From Candidatus Bilamarchaeaceae archaeon (GTDB lineage: Archaea; Micrarchaeota; Micrarchaeia; Anstonellales; Bilamarchaeaceae): a DNA stretch of 64,000 bases. The notes under the pieces are model-generated. The model had not been told where the DNA came from and ran no database searches. It saw only the letters and a program-made list of their open reading frames with translations. The stretch spans positions 76,929 to 140,928 of the forward strand of contig JAVZJR010000002.1 of NCBI GenBank assembly GCA_038870635.1. Direction: 5' to 3'. Shown one piece after another: positions 18,348 to 26,062 of the stretch. A program made the position numbers and the translations under genes. Each line of letters begins with the position of its first letter. The first letter of the stretch is position 1.

Positions 18348-19095
18348 CTATACTTTTCTTGGTATTAACCTGCCAAGAGCTCCAAATTCCTCTTTTTTTG
18401 GACCTATGCTTATCGAAGACGGCCATTTTATCTCTATGATACCATCCTCTGTGTTTATTTCAAGAGGTAGTTCATGAGGGGCGATCTTTGTATTTTCGAA
18501 TTTTACAACCTCGTTATTTTTTGGTTTTTCTATTAAATTTAATTCTTTTTTCAATGAGAGTGTAAATTTTTCAGCTAATTCTTTGTCACCTACATTTAAA
18601 GTGTATGAAGTCATTGGTTCGCCATTAATAGAATTCATGATTATCTTTGTAATGCTTGCGACAAAATTGTCTTTTTCTTTTTTTAATCCATCTAAGATAT
18701 TTTTATTGATTTGAATATTTGCAGTTACGGATATTTTTATTTTTCTTTCACTGCGTTCTTCTATATCAGCTAAATCTTTTAACATCTCTGCAGTATCTTT
18801 TTTTGATACATTTTCAATATCATTTTTATATTTTTGAATTTCTTCTTTATTTCCTCTATAATTGACCTTAACTGAAAAAGATAGATATTTTTTTCATTCA
18901 TTTCATCAGCGAGTTTTCTGAGTTCATTAGCATTCATCTCTTTATTTTTGAAACTTTTGTTACCTTTTTTTATTTATTCCGCAATATTATTTATTGTGCG
19001 CTCATATGCATTTGATAGCCTATCTCTAATTTTTTTTCATTTAATTCTGCAGCATACTCTTCAAGTGTAATCTTATTTTCTTTAGTTTTTTGCAT
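18348..19095 (-). pseudogene. Orphan protein; 5' half disrupted (18348-18785 open)
   Basis: Coding-like text from ATG 19095 (MQKTKENKITLEEYAAELNE) with homopolymer frameshifts and a TAA, leading into the 145-aa ORF. Confidence 0.5.
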
Positions 19096-19645
19096 TCCCT
19101 ATCACCTTAGCAGGCACCATTTTATCACTGTTTACAATTATCATCACTTCATTATCTAATAAAAATACTACGTTTTCATCGACTATTTCAATATTTTTGA
19201 TGTTCCCCATTTCTTTTAGCGGCTGAATTGAAATAAATACTGCGTTTTGGAAATATATTGTACCATTTCTTTTACCTAATATTTCTTTTCCATTCCTAAT
19301 TTCTTCACAGCCCAAAGTTCTTATAATATAATTTTCAGTTATGAGGATTGTTCTCTCGGCCTGATAAGAAGTTTTAATTATATTTTCTTTGTTGAGGTCT
19401 ATATTTGATGGAATGTCAAGTTCTAATTTTTTATTGTTAGTGCTACATATTATCTGTTCGTTATTTAAAACACAATTCATTTTGCATTGGAGCCGAGTTT
19501 GTTCTATTTCTTTTTTGAAGGTTGCGCATGAAATTAAAGGTGGAAGAAGTGCAAAGCAAGTTGCCTTTAAGAAGTAATTTTTTATTTTTTTGAGTCTCTC
19601 CCTGAAGCATAACTTTTTTCCATTTTTTTCCTGTTTTTCTGTCAT
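19082..19645 (-). CDS. Orphan putative lipoprotein
   Basis: Long basic N-region followed by FALLPPLISCAT. Confidence 0.65.
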   Translation of the reverse strand: MTEKQEKNGKKLCFRERLKKIKNYFLKATCFALLPPLISCATFKKEIEQTRLQCKMNCVLNNEQIICSTNNKKLELDIPSNIDLNKENIIKTSYQAERTILITENYIIRTLGCEEIRNGKEILGKRNGTIYFQNAVFISIQPLKEMGNIKNIEIVDENVVFLLDNEVMIIVNSDKMVPAKVIGNAKN

Positions 19646-19757
19646 ATGTTATAATAAGTGCATAAATATAATTATAAATGTTTGCTTCTATTGTATATTT
19701 AAGATATTTGTATATTAAGATATAAATAAATAGATGGCCATTTTTATATTATAGTCG

Positions 19758-20351
19758 GTGAGTAGTTTGGTAACGAAAAAAGAGTGGTGTTTAAATAGTT
19801 TTTTGGCCAAAGCGCTAGAAACTCAAAAACAAAAAAAATTAGATGCGCCATTTCGCTTTCCTTTAGAAAGACCATTAAGTGAAGATTTAATGAAAAAAAT
19901 CGAAACCTATCTTCCTTATCTTACAACAGAAACAAGAAGAAGGATTGCGGCAGACCTTCATGAAAGGCCAGCAGTGGAAGCTGCCAACCTTATGTTTTTT
20001 ATGTGTAAAGAGGAAAAAGATGTCGAGATAAGACTTCTGCTTCTTCAAACATTAACTTGTGATTTAAAATATAAGAGGGCCTCTGAAATAATTAGAGCGC
20101 GTTCTGTTTATTTAGCAGATTATCCTGGTCAAATCTCTCGTACGGAAGTTTCTTATTTTTTGAAATTTATCCGATATATAAGAGATGAGAATTGCCTTCA
20201 TTCTTTAGCTCTTTTATTACATGGCTTGAAAGGTGTCGATAGAGATAATTACGAAGATTTAATAAAAGAGGCCAACTCGCTTTTTCTTGAGATTTATGAT
20301 AAATATCTAATTAGATTGTATGATAAAAAAGATGCTCCGACCGGGATTTGA
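19758..20351 (+). CDS. Orphan helical protein; last codons overlap the tRNA-Glu 3' end antisense
   Basis: 197-aa ORF with an upstream AT-rich promoter-like region. Confidence 0.65.
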   Translation: MSSLVTKKEWCLNSFLAKALETQKQKKLDAPFRFPLERPLSEDLMKKIETYLPYLTTETRRRIAADLHERPAVEAANLMFFMCKEEKDVEIRLLLLQTLTCDLKYKRASEIIRARSVYLADYPGQISRTEVSYFLKFIRYIRDENCLHSLALLLHGLKGVDRDNYEDLIKEANSLFLEIYDKYLIRLYDKKDAPTGI

Positions 20352-20407
20352 ACCCGGGTCGCCGGATTGAAAGTCCGGTATCCTTGACCGGTCTAGACGA
20401 TCGGAGC
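20333..20407 (-). tRNA. tRNA-Glu(TTC)
   Basis: GCTCCGA-TC-GTCTAGACCGGTCAAGGAT-A-CCGGA-CTTTCAA-TCCGG-CGAC-CCGGG-TTCAAAT-CCCGG-TCGGAGC-A; CCA not encoded. Confidence 0.97.
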
Positions 20408-20530
20408 GTAAGCGAAGAGATGAAACCGAAACGTCGGTTTCACGATCGGAGCGTAAGCGAAGAGATGAAACCGAAACGTCGGTTTCACGATCGGAGCAAC
20501 GCGAAGAAATATGAACGAATCGTCGTTCAC
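20397..20530. repeat. 45-bp tandem hairpin repeat (2 exact + 1 diverged) carrying copies of the tRNA-Glu 5' end
   Basis: acgatcggagc at 20397, 20442, 20487; each unit has the hairpin tgaaaccga-aacg-tcggtttca; third unit has tgaacga-atcg-tcgttca. Confidence 0.95.
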
Positions 20531-20625
20531 TGGCCAAGTACAATATGTTTTAAGAACTTGTAAGAAAAGGTTTATAAGTGCAACTGAGGTATCGCCAATT
20601 TCATAAATAATAAAAAAATAAAAAA

Positions 20626-21042
20626 TTATTTAGATGCTAAATCGTATACTAGTTTTAATGATACTACTAATGCAGCCGGTGCAACAAAAGCAGCAAGAGC
20701 TGATAAAACATTGGCCAACTTTGTTACTATTATTAGTCCAATTTCACTCATTCCTACTTGTGTTGCGATAGAAGTAATCATTTGTGCGAGGGGTGCCCAG
20801 GAGTTAAGAACGCTAAGCAAAGCAATTGTGGCCACTAAGAAAGAGACGGTTTCCTTTTCAGCTATGTTCATGAAACCTACAATTAGACCAAGCAGCGCTA
20901 ATACGCCCAAGATGTAAACTGCTGCAAAGCTTAATTCAGTGGAGAAAAGACCAACTATCAAAGCCAGTACTACCCCTAACAAAAACGCCCATTCACCATA
21001 CTTCGGGACAAACTCCTCTGTTTTTACTTTTTTTTCTGGCAT
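20626..21042 (-). CDS. Small multi-pass membrane protein of unknown function
   Basis: G.WAFL.G..LA...GL, LGLIVGF.NI..KE...FLVATIAL pattern, recalled as common in DPANN; SD AGGTGA. Confidence 0.8.
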   Translation of the reverse strand: MPEKKVKTEEFVPKYGEWAFLLGVVLALIVGLFSTELSFAAVYILGVLALLGLIVGFMNIAEKETVSFLVATIALLSVLNSWAPLAQMITSIATQVGMSEIGLIIVTKLANVLSALAAFVAPAALVVSLKLVYDLASK

Positions 21043-21094
21043 ATTTTCACCTTTTTCTGTCTAAAAACCTCAGGTAAAGTTTTTAAAGCTATGC

Positions 21095-21922
21095 TTAAAT
21101 TACGACAGAGGCGAGATATGCCAAAAGACCAAAAAAAAGTGCTATTAGACTTAACACGCGGGCTTTTTTGTATTGATTTTTTACAGCATAAAATATATTC
21201 GCAGCCACGAGAACGATTGCAACACTAAAAAGTACGGTGGAGAAGATGTTAATGTTAAGACCAAAGTAAAATGGCAAAAATGATAATGGAATAAACATCA
21301 GATAGAGTAAAAGCGCAAGAGCTAATGTTGGTTTTTCACCTATTAGAATTGGCAATGTCATGGCTTCTCTTGCTTCCTTATCCCCTTTCATATCCTCTAT
21401 TGACTTTATAAGTTCGCGTGCGAGTCCAACTATGAAACCAAGCAAGAAAAGCACGAGATTTATTATTTTTATTTCTTGAGAAACTATTAAATTTCCGAAT
21501 ATGAACGGAATACCCATCGTAAAGGCTATGTAAAAATTCCCAACAAGCGGTAAAAGTTTTAGTTTAAGATTGTAGAGTATAGCTAATGAATTTAGCGCAA
21601 CTGTTAGCATAAAAATTTCTTGATTAACAAAAAACGATAGGGCTATCGCGATGGTTATGCATATAGAGGAAAGCAAAAGAGCAAATGAAGGAGAGAGGGA
21701 AGCGGTCGCTAATGGTCGATCTTTTCTATTATTTTTTCTATCTGCTTCTATATCAAAATAATCGTTTAGTGCAAACGCTCCCATCTCGCTTAAAAGCGGA
21801 ATCAATAACACAAAAAGAGGAAGATTTGATAAACCATCTGCAAAAACCACTGCTGCCAATACTGCCAATGAATACATAACGCCGTGTTCTATTCTTGTTA
21901 GTTTTGCAATCTCTAAAAGCAT
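21095..21922 (-). CDS. UbiA-family prenyltransferase, probably digeranylgeranylglyceryl phosphate synthase
   Basis: NDYFDIEADRKN.R.DRPL, YN.KLK..PL.GN, ARELIKSIEDMKGD motifs. Confidence 0.85.
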   Translation of the reverse strand: MLLEIAKLTRIEHGVMYSLAVLAAVVFADGLSNLPLFVLLIPLLSEMGAFALNDYFDIEADRKNNRKDRPLATASLSPSFALLLSSICITIAIALSFFVNQEIFMLTVALNSLAILYNLKLKLLPLVGNFYIAFTMGIPFIFGNLIVSQEIKIINLVLFLLGFIVGLARELIKSIEDMKGDKEAREAMTLPILIGEKPTLALALLLYLMFIPLSFLPFYFGLNINIFSTVLFSVAIVLVAANIFYAVKNQYKKARVLSLIALFFGLLAYLASVVI

Positions 21923-21972
21923 AACAATCTTTCGCAGCATTGGTTAAAAAATCATTATGCCTTATTATTGTT

Positions 21973-22365
21973 ATGGAAATTTTACGCTTAAAAAATACCT
22001 CTGAACTTCTACTTCATAAAAGCAAGAAATCAGTTGCCATAGTTGAAGATTTAGTTTATGATGAGGGCGTATTGCGCGTAATAGGGGAAAAGAAATCTCT
22101 CATAGTTTTTGTTACTTTTGATTCTTTACTATCAACCAAAGGAATGGCTCGAAGTAGACTTCTTTATAGGATAAGGAATTTCCTAAATTTATGCACTCGT
22201 TTTGGTGTTTTATTTGTCATTGGATTTGAAAAAGACGCAGAAAATGGTACTTTTTTAACCAGAGAAAAGGATGAGGTAATTGCTTTAGGGGAATTACTTG
22301 GGCTAAACCGCGGTCAAGCTAAAATGGCTGTTGCTCGATTCGAAGATTTGTTTATAAAAAAATAA
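21973..22365 (+). CDS. Truncated RNase P protein Rpp30-like protein
   Basis: LLS.KG..RSR.L..I...L.L...FG..FVI...R...E...LGELLGL resembles the C-terminal half of archaeal Rpp30. Confidence 0.5.
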   Translation: MEILRLKNTSELLLHKSKKSVAIVEDLVYDEGVLRVIGEKKSLIVFVTFDSLLSTKGMARSRLLYRIRNFLNLCTRFGVLFVIGFEKDAENGTFLTREKDEVIALGELLGLNRGQAKMAVARFEDLFIKK

Positions 22366-22381
22366 GAAAAAGTTAAAGAAA

Positions 22382-22699
22382 TTAACCAAATAAGCTTGCC
22401 AATCCTTCTGCTGCTTGCTCTTCTTTCTTGCTCTCATCCTCTTTTGGTGCTTCTTTCTTTGCCTCAGCTGCAGGAGCTGCTGCAGTAGGTGCTGCCGCTG
22501 GAGCGGCTGCAAGAGCTACGTTTTTGAGCAAGTCGTCAAAGTTCACTCCTTTGACAGCATCGGCAAGTACTTTGGCTTTAGCTTCATCAGCTTCCGCGCC
22601 ACTTGCCTTTATAACTGCCATTATGCTTTCCTTCGTTATTTCCTTTCCTGCACCATGCAACAAAAGCACTGCATGCAAGTATGGATCTACTTTTGCCAT
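22382..22699 (-). CDS. rpl12: 50S ribosomal protein P1 (L12)
   Basis: Y.HA.LLLH.AGKEI, Ala-rich hinge, AAEGLASLFG. Confidence 0.96.
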   Translation of the reverse strand: MAKVDPYLHAVLLLHGAGKEITKESIMAVIKASGAEADEAKAKVLADAVKGVNFDDLLKNVALAAAPAAAPTAAAPAAEAKKEAPKEDESKKEEQAAEGLASLFG

Positions 22700-22710
22700 T
22701 TTATCACCTT

Positions 22711-23622
22711 CTATTTATTAGCGTTTTCCGCTTTTGCCTCGGCCGCGGCTTCTGCCGTTTTTGTTGCCTCGGCTAATTTTTCTATCGCGCCACTCTGTCT
22801 TAGCGCATTTAGTATTTCTGCTTCTATTGTGACTGAATTATATGTCTTGCTGTTTACCGCAAAGTTTAGTCCTTGCCTATACGCTTCATCTAATATCACG
22901 TTTATGTTCTTTTCTGTTGGATAGCCTGCATTTACTGAGAGATTGAATGCATTTTGTTCTGCGTTAACCAAGTCCATAGGTAGCGTTTCATCGATATCGA
23001 GTAATGATTTTTCATATACATATTCGCCGTCATAAGCAAATATTAAGTTTGCTTTTATAGTGAATGGTTTTATTCCGAGCGTCTGTAGCGCCTTTGCCTT
23101 TTGTGCATTTATTTTTTCTCCAGTTTTTGCGATTACGCTGTCTTTTGCAACAACTATTTTTCCTCCTTTTATTTGCGCGTTTATGCCAGCTGATTTTAAT
23201 TCAGAAAGAGCAGGCCCTGGCGCTAAATCTGTTTCTCCTTCAGGCACAACAATATCAAAAGGGGCGATTTCGTCTATTTTTGCTGCCCTCTTTTTTGTAT
23301 TCTGTTTAAATAGCTTGTTTAATTCATAAGGACTTTTGTTTGTAAGTATTATTGCAGTGGGTTTGTTTGCGTACTCAATTTTTGTTGCTAGTTTTTGGTT
23401 GCTCTGTAATATTCTCGTTAGCACTGCTTTTCTGAGCATTTTTACTTTTCCGCCTTCTTCTGTTACTTTTTTCCTAAGCATTTGGAAAAGCGAATCCGGT
23501 AATTTTTCAAGAGAGAGTAGAGCTGTTGTTTTATAATTTTTCATTTGTGCCAATACTTCTTCAACTTCTTTTGCCTTTTTCTTAACATTTGGTCTATTAA
23601 CATCAGCTGGAATTTTTGCCAT
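22711..23622 (-). CDS. rplP0: 50S ribosomal protein P0 (L10)
   Basis: APFDIVVP.G.T...PGP.LSELK.AG, LGIKP; lies between L1 and P1. Confidence 0.95.
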   Translation of the reverse strand: MAKIPADVNRPNVKKKAKEVEEVLAQMKNYKTTALLSLEKLPDSLFQMLRKKVTEEGGKVKMLRKAVLTRILQSNQKLATKIEYANKPTAIILTNKSPYELNKLFKQNTKKRAAKIDEIAPFDIVVPEGETDLAPGPALSELKSAGINAQIKGGKIVVAKDSVIAKTGEKINAQKAKALQTLGIKPFTIKANLIFAYDGEYVYEKSLLDIDETLPMDLVNAEQNAFNLSVNAGYPTEKNINVILDEAYRQGLNFAVNSKTYNSVTIEAEILNALRQSGAIEKLAEATKTAEAAAEAKAENANK

Positions 23623-23626
23623 TTTA

Positions 23627-24262
23627 TCACCCTACTTTAACTGGTTTTCCCATCGTGAGCTTTACATATACTGATTTTATATTCCCGTCACCGCCTATCT
23701 TGTTTTTAACTGCTTCGTAAACCGCTTCAGCATTTTCAGCAAGCGCATCAACATCCATATTCTCTGTGCCTATCATTGCTTGTAACACTGGTAAATACTT
23801 TCCTTTTGTGGTTATCCTGACAGAACGTTTTGCAGCATCTATTAATTGTGCAGGATTCCCAACTAATGGTTTTGGTAGTTTTCCTTTTTTGCCCAAAACC
23901 TGGCCAAGTGCTTTAGCAACTGCTGCCATTTGGTTTGGTTGCGCTAACAACGTATAGTCTCGTGCAAGTTCTTTAAGTTTTTTTGGCTCTTTGTAACTCT
24001 CTATTTCATTTGGGAGTATTGTGAGGTCTGCGCCTGCTTTCTTTGCTTGCACTGCCGTTGCCTCATCTCCTATAACTGCGACCTTTAATTCTTTTCCTCC
24101 TTTTCCTTTTGGTAAAGGTATATCTAGATTTATCCTGTTCTCAGTTTTTGAGAAATCAATTCCTTTGGTGTTGATTATTATCTCAACACTTTGGGTAAAT
24201 TTTCTTTTTCCTTTATCTTCTAATGCTTTTTGTATTGCTGTTGCAAGTTGTTTTTTATCCAT
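23627..24262 (-). CDS. rpl1: 50S ribosomal protein L1
   Basis: RKFTQSVEII, LGQVLGKKGKLPKP, VYVKLTMG. Confidence 0.96.
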   Translation of the reverse strand: MDKKQLATAIQKALEDKGKRKFTQSVEIIINTKGIDFSKTENRINLDIPLPKGKGGKELKVAVIGDEATAVQAKKAGADLTILPNEIESYKEPKKLKELARDYTLLAQPNQMAAVAKALGQVLGKKGKLPKPLVGNPAQLIDAAKRSVRITTKGKYLPVLQAMIGTENMDVDALAENAEAVYEAVKNKIGGDGNIKSVYVKLTMGKPVKVG

Positions 24263-24268
24263 AAGAAA

Positions 24269-24300
24269 ACCCTCCTACGCAACACGTAGTGCTTGCGGGT
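24269..24300 (-). promoter_or_regulatory. Putative L1-binding autoregulatory RNA structure overlapping the rpl1 SD
   Basis: ACCC-GCAAGCA-CUACG-UGUUG-CGUAG-GA-GGGU: two helices flanking an asymmetric loop, as in L1 mRNA sites. Confidence 0.7.
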
Positions 24301-24424
24301 GATTAGTGTCTTTGTATCGTTTTATTTATAAATCTGTTGTTTATCGGTTTTTACATGTTCTACTTTTACCTTACAAAAACGCGAGTTTTTAAATAATAAA
24401 CGTTGATTGCTTTATGGTGATTAT

Positions 24425-25255
24425 ATGGAAGGTGAACAACCTGTTTCTTGCGCATGTGTTGAAAGGCCAAATTGGTTTTTCTTTGTGCTTGTGCTGGTGG
24501 TTATGTTTGGCGGGTTTTACTTTTTATCTACAATAAAAACAATTTCGCCAACAAACATTTATGTTTCAACTAATGGGAGTGCAGTTGCAACAGAGCATAA
24601 TACTATCTCGGTTTCTGGTAGTGCCAATGAGAAAGTGGAACCAAACATGCTTGTTGTAAATTACTATGTGCAGACAAAAAGCGAAAGCGCAAAAGAAGCA
24701 CAATCAAAAAATGCAGAAATTTCTAATGCGATAGTTTCTTCTCTTAAGGCTCTTGGTATTGGAGAAAAAGACATTAAAACAACTTCTTACAATGTTAATG
24801 TCAATCAAGAAAGCCATTATATATGCGATAACCAAAGTGGTAAATCTGACTGTTATTGGACTTATGTTAACGTAGGCTACACTGCTACGCATACATTTAC
24901 AGTAAATGTGTATGACTTGAATAAAGGCGGAGCTGTTGTTGATGCGATAGGTGCGGCAGGTGGAGAGGTCAGTGGCGTTTCTTTTGACTTAAAGCCTGAA
25001 ACAAAAAAAGAAGTTTATGCGCGCTTGCTTTCATTGGCTGCAGCTGATGCAAAGAAAAAAGCAGATGCTATTGCGTCTGGTGCAGGAGTTTCTGTTGATA
25101 AACCGCTCTCTCTATCTGAATCATATTCCTATACTCCTATTTATTACCCGAAGGTTGCTTATGCTGATGCTCTATTAGAAGCTGCGCCTACACAACTATC
25201 CAGTGGGACAATAGATATTAGTGTTTCTGTTTCTGTTGTTTTTGAAATCAAATAA
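24425..25255 (+). CDS. SIMPL/DUF541 domain protein
   Basis: N-terminal TM; TISVSGSA..KV.P, A..DAK.KA..IA..AG, G.I.ISVSVSVVFEI. Confidence 0.9.
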   Translation: MEGEQPVSCACVERPNWFFFVLVLVVMFGGFYFLSTIKTISPTNIYVSTNGSAVATEHNTISVSGSANEKVEPNMLVVNYYVQTKSESAKEAQSKNAEISNAIVSSLKALGIGEKDIKTTSYNVNVNQESHYICDNQSGKSDCYWTYVNVGYTATHTFTVNVYDLNKGGAVVDAIGAAGGEVSGVSFDLKPETKKEVYARLLSLAAADAKKKADAIASGAGVSVDKPLSLSESYSYTPIYYPKVAYADALLEAAPTQLSSGTIDISVSVSVVFEIK

Positions 25256-25286
25256 TTTTTTATTTTTTTATTTTTGTGATGATTTT

Positions 25287-25742
25287 ATGAAAGTTAAACC
25301 GATAATTATAGAAGATGAGAAAACAATTTTGAAATTGCGAAGTCTTGGTGGCGGCAATGAAGAAAACGGAAAGATTACTCTTCATCCATTAGAAGCAGCA
25401 TTTTTTGCTAAATTGCGAGTTATAGAAGGAGATCCAAAGAAATTTCTTAAAATGAGCGGGAAGCTCGCAGATAAACTTTACGCGGTTCTTGAACTTCTTC
25501 GTGAGAATGGTTATATTGCAAAGCCTAGTTTTGATTCTGATATATTACGTGTTTATCGAAAGGGTTTTAGGCCAGGCGAGGATAGAACATTTTGTATTGT
25601 TAAGGTTGTGGATGGTAAATTGGATAAAAAGGAGATTTTAGATTTTGTTGAATTTGCAGGAAAATTAAGAAAGGAAGCCGTTTTAGCTTTTGTTGAAAAA
25701 GAAATAACTTTCATAAAAATCTCAAAAACAACATTTTTATAA
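25287..25742 (+). CDS. endA: tRNA splicing endonuclease-like subunit (probably non-catalytic/structural)
   Basis: L.PLEA.F, Y.V...LRE.GY..K, LRVYRKG, RKEAVLAFV; catalytic His and KFG.DF loop absent. Confidence 0.75.
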   Translation: MKVKPIIIEDEKTILKLRSLGGGNEENGKITLHPLEAAFFAKLRVIEGDPKKFLKMSGKLADKLYAVLELLRENGYIAKPSFDSDILRVYRKGFRPGEDRTFCIVKVVDGKLDKKEILDFVEFAGKLRKEAVLAFVEKEITFIKISKTTFL

Positions 25743-25917
25743 AAAGTTTTTATAATTTCTATATTATATAATATATTGCGTAATTAGATAAAAATTCGAT
25801 AAAAAGCGAATGTGTTTTTCGTTATCTGTCTTAAATTAAAATATTATTTATAAATTAGTTTTTATATTTTTTAGAAATATTTTTAAATATTGCGCTTGAC
25901 ACTCTTTCAGAATATTT

Positions 25918-26058
25918 TTGAGAGAGATTGCGACATATCTCTCTCAAGCCCAAGAGAAAGATTTCTTTTGGGTTTATGGGGCCAAAAGCCCGAAAGGGCA
26001 AAAAAAGCCGCCGTTAATCATTATATATGGCCCTTATATAGGCGGCTATTTGAGGTGA
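25918..26058 (+). promoter_or_regulatory. Long structured 5' leader of the S-layer gene (four hairpins plus possible pseudoknot)
   Basis: Stems 25918-25947, 25948-25973, 25988-25999 (GAAA tetraloop), 26007-26046; TATA-like TTTTAAATAT at 25881; SD GAGGTGA at 26052. Confidence 0.7.
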
Positions 26059-26062
26059 AAGA

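Noticed and set aside
20397..20530. CRISPR array, or tandem BHB introns in tRNA-Glu
   Set aside because: Sequences between the 11-nt repeats are identical or homologous rather than unique spacers, no cas genes are present, and no bulge-helix-bulge can be drawn at the junctions
20307..20563. ORFs 20307-20543(-) and 20348-20563(+) with repeated peptides
   Set aside because: Artefacts of the 45-bp (multiple of 3) repeat and the overlapping tRNA
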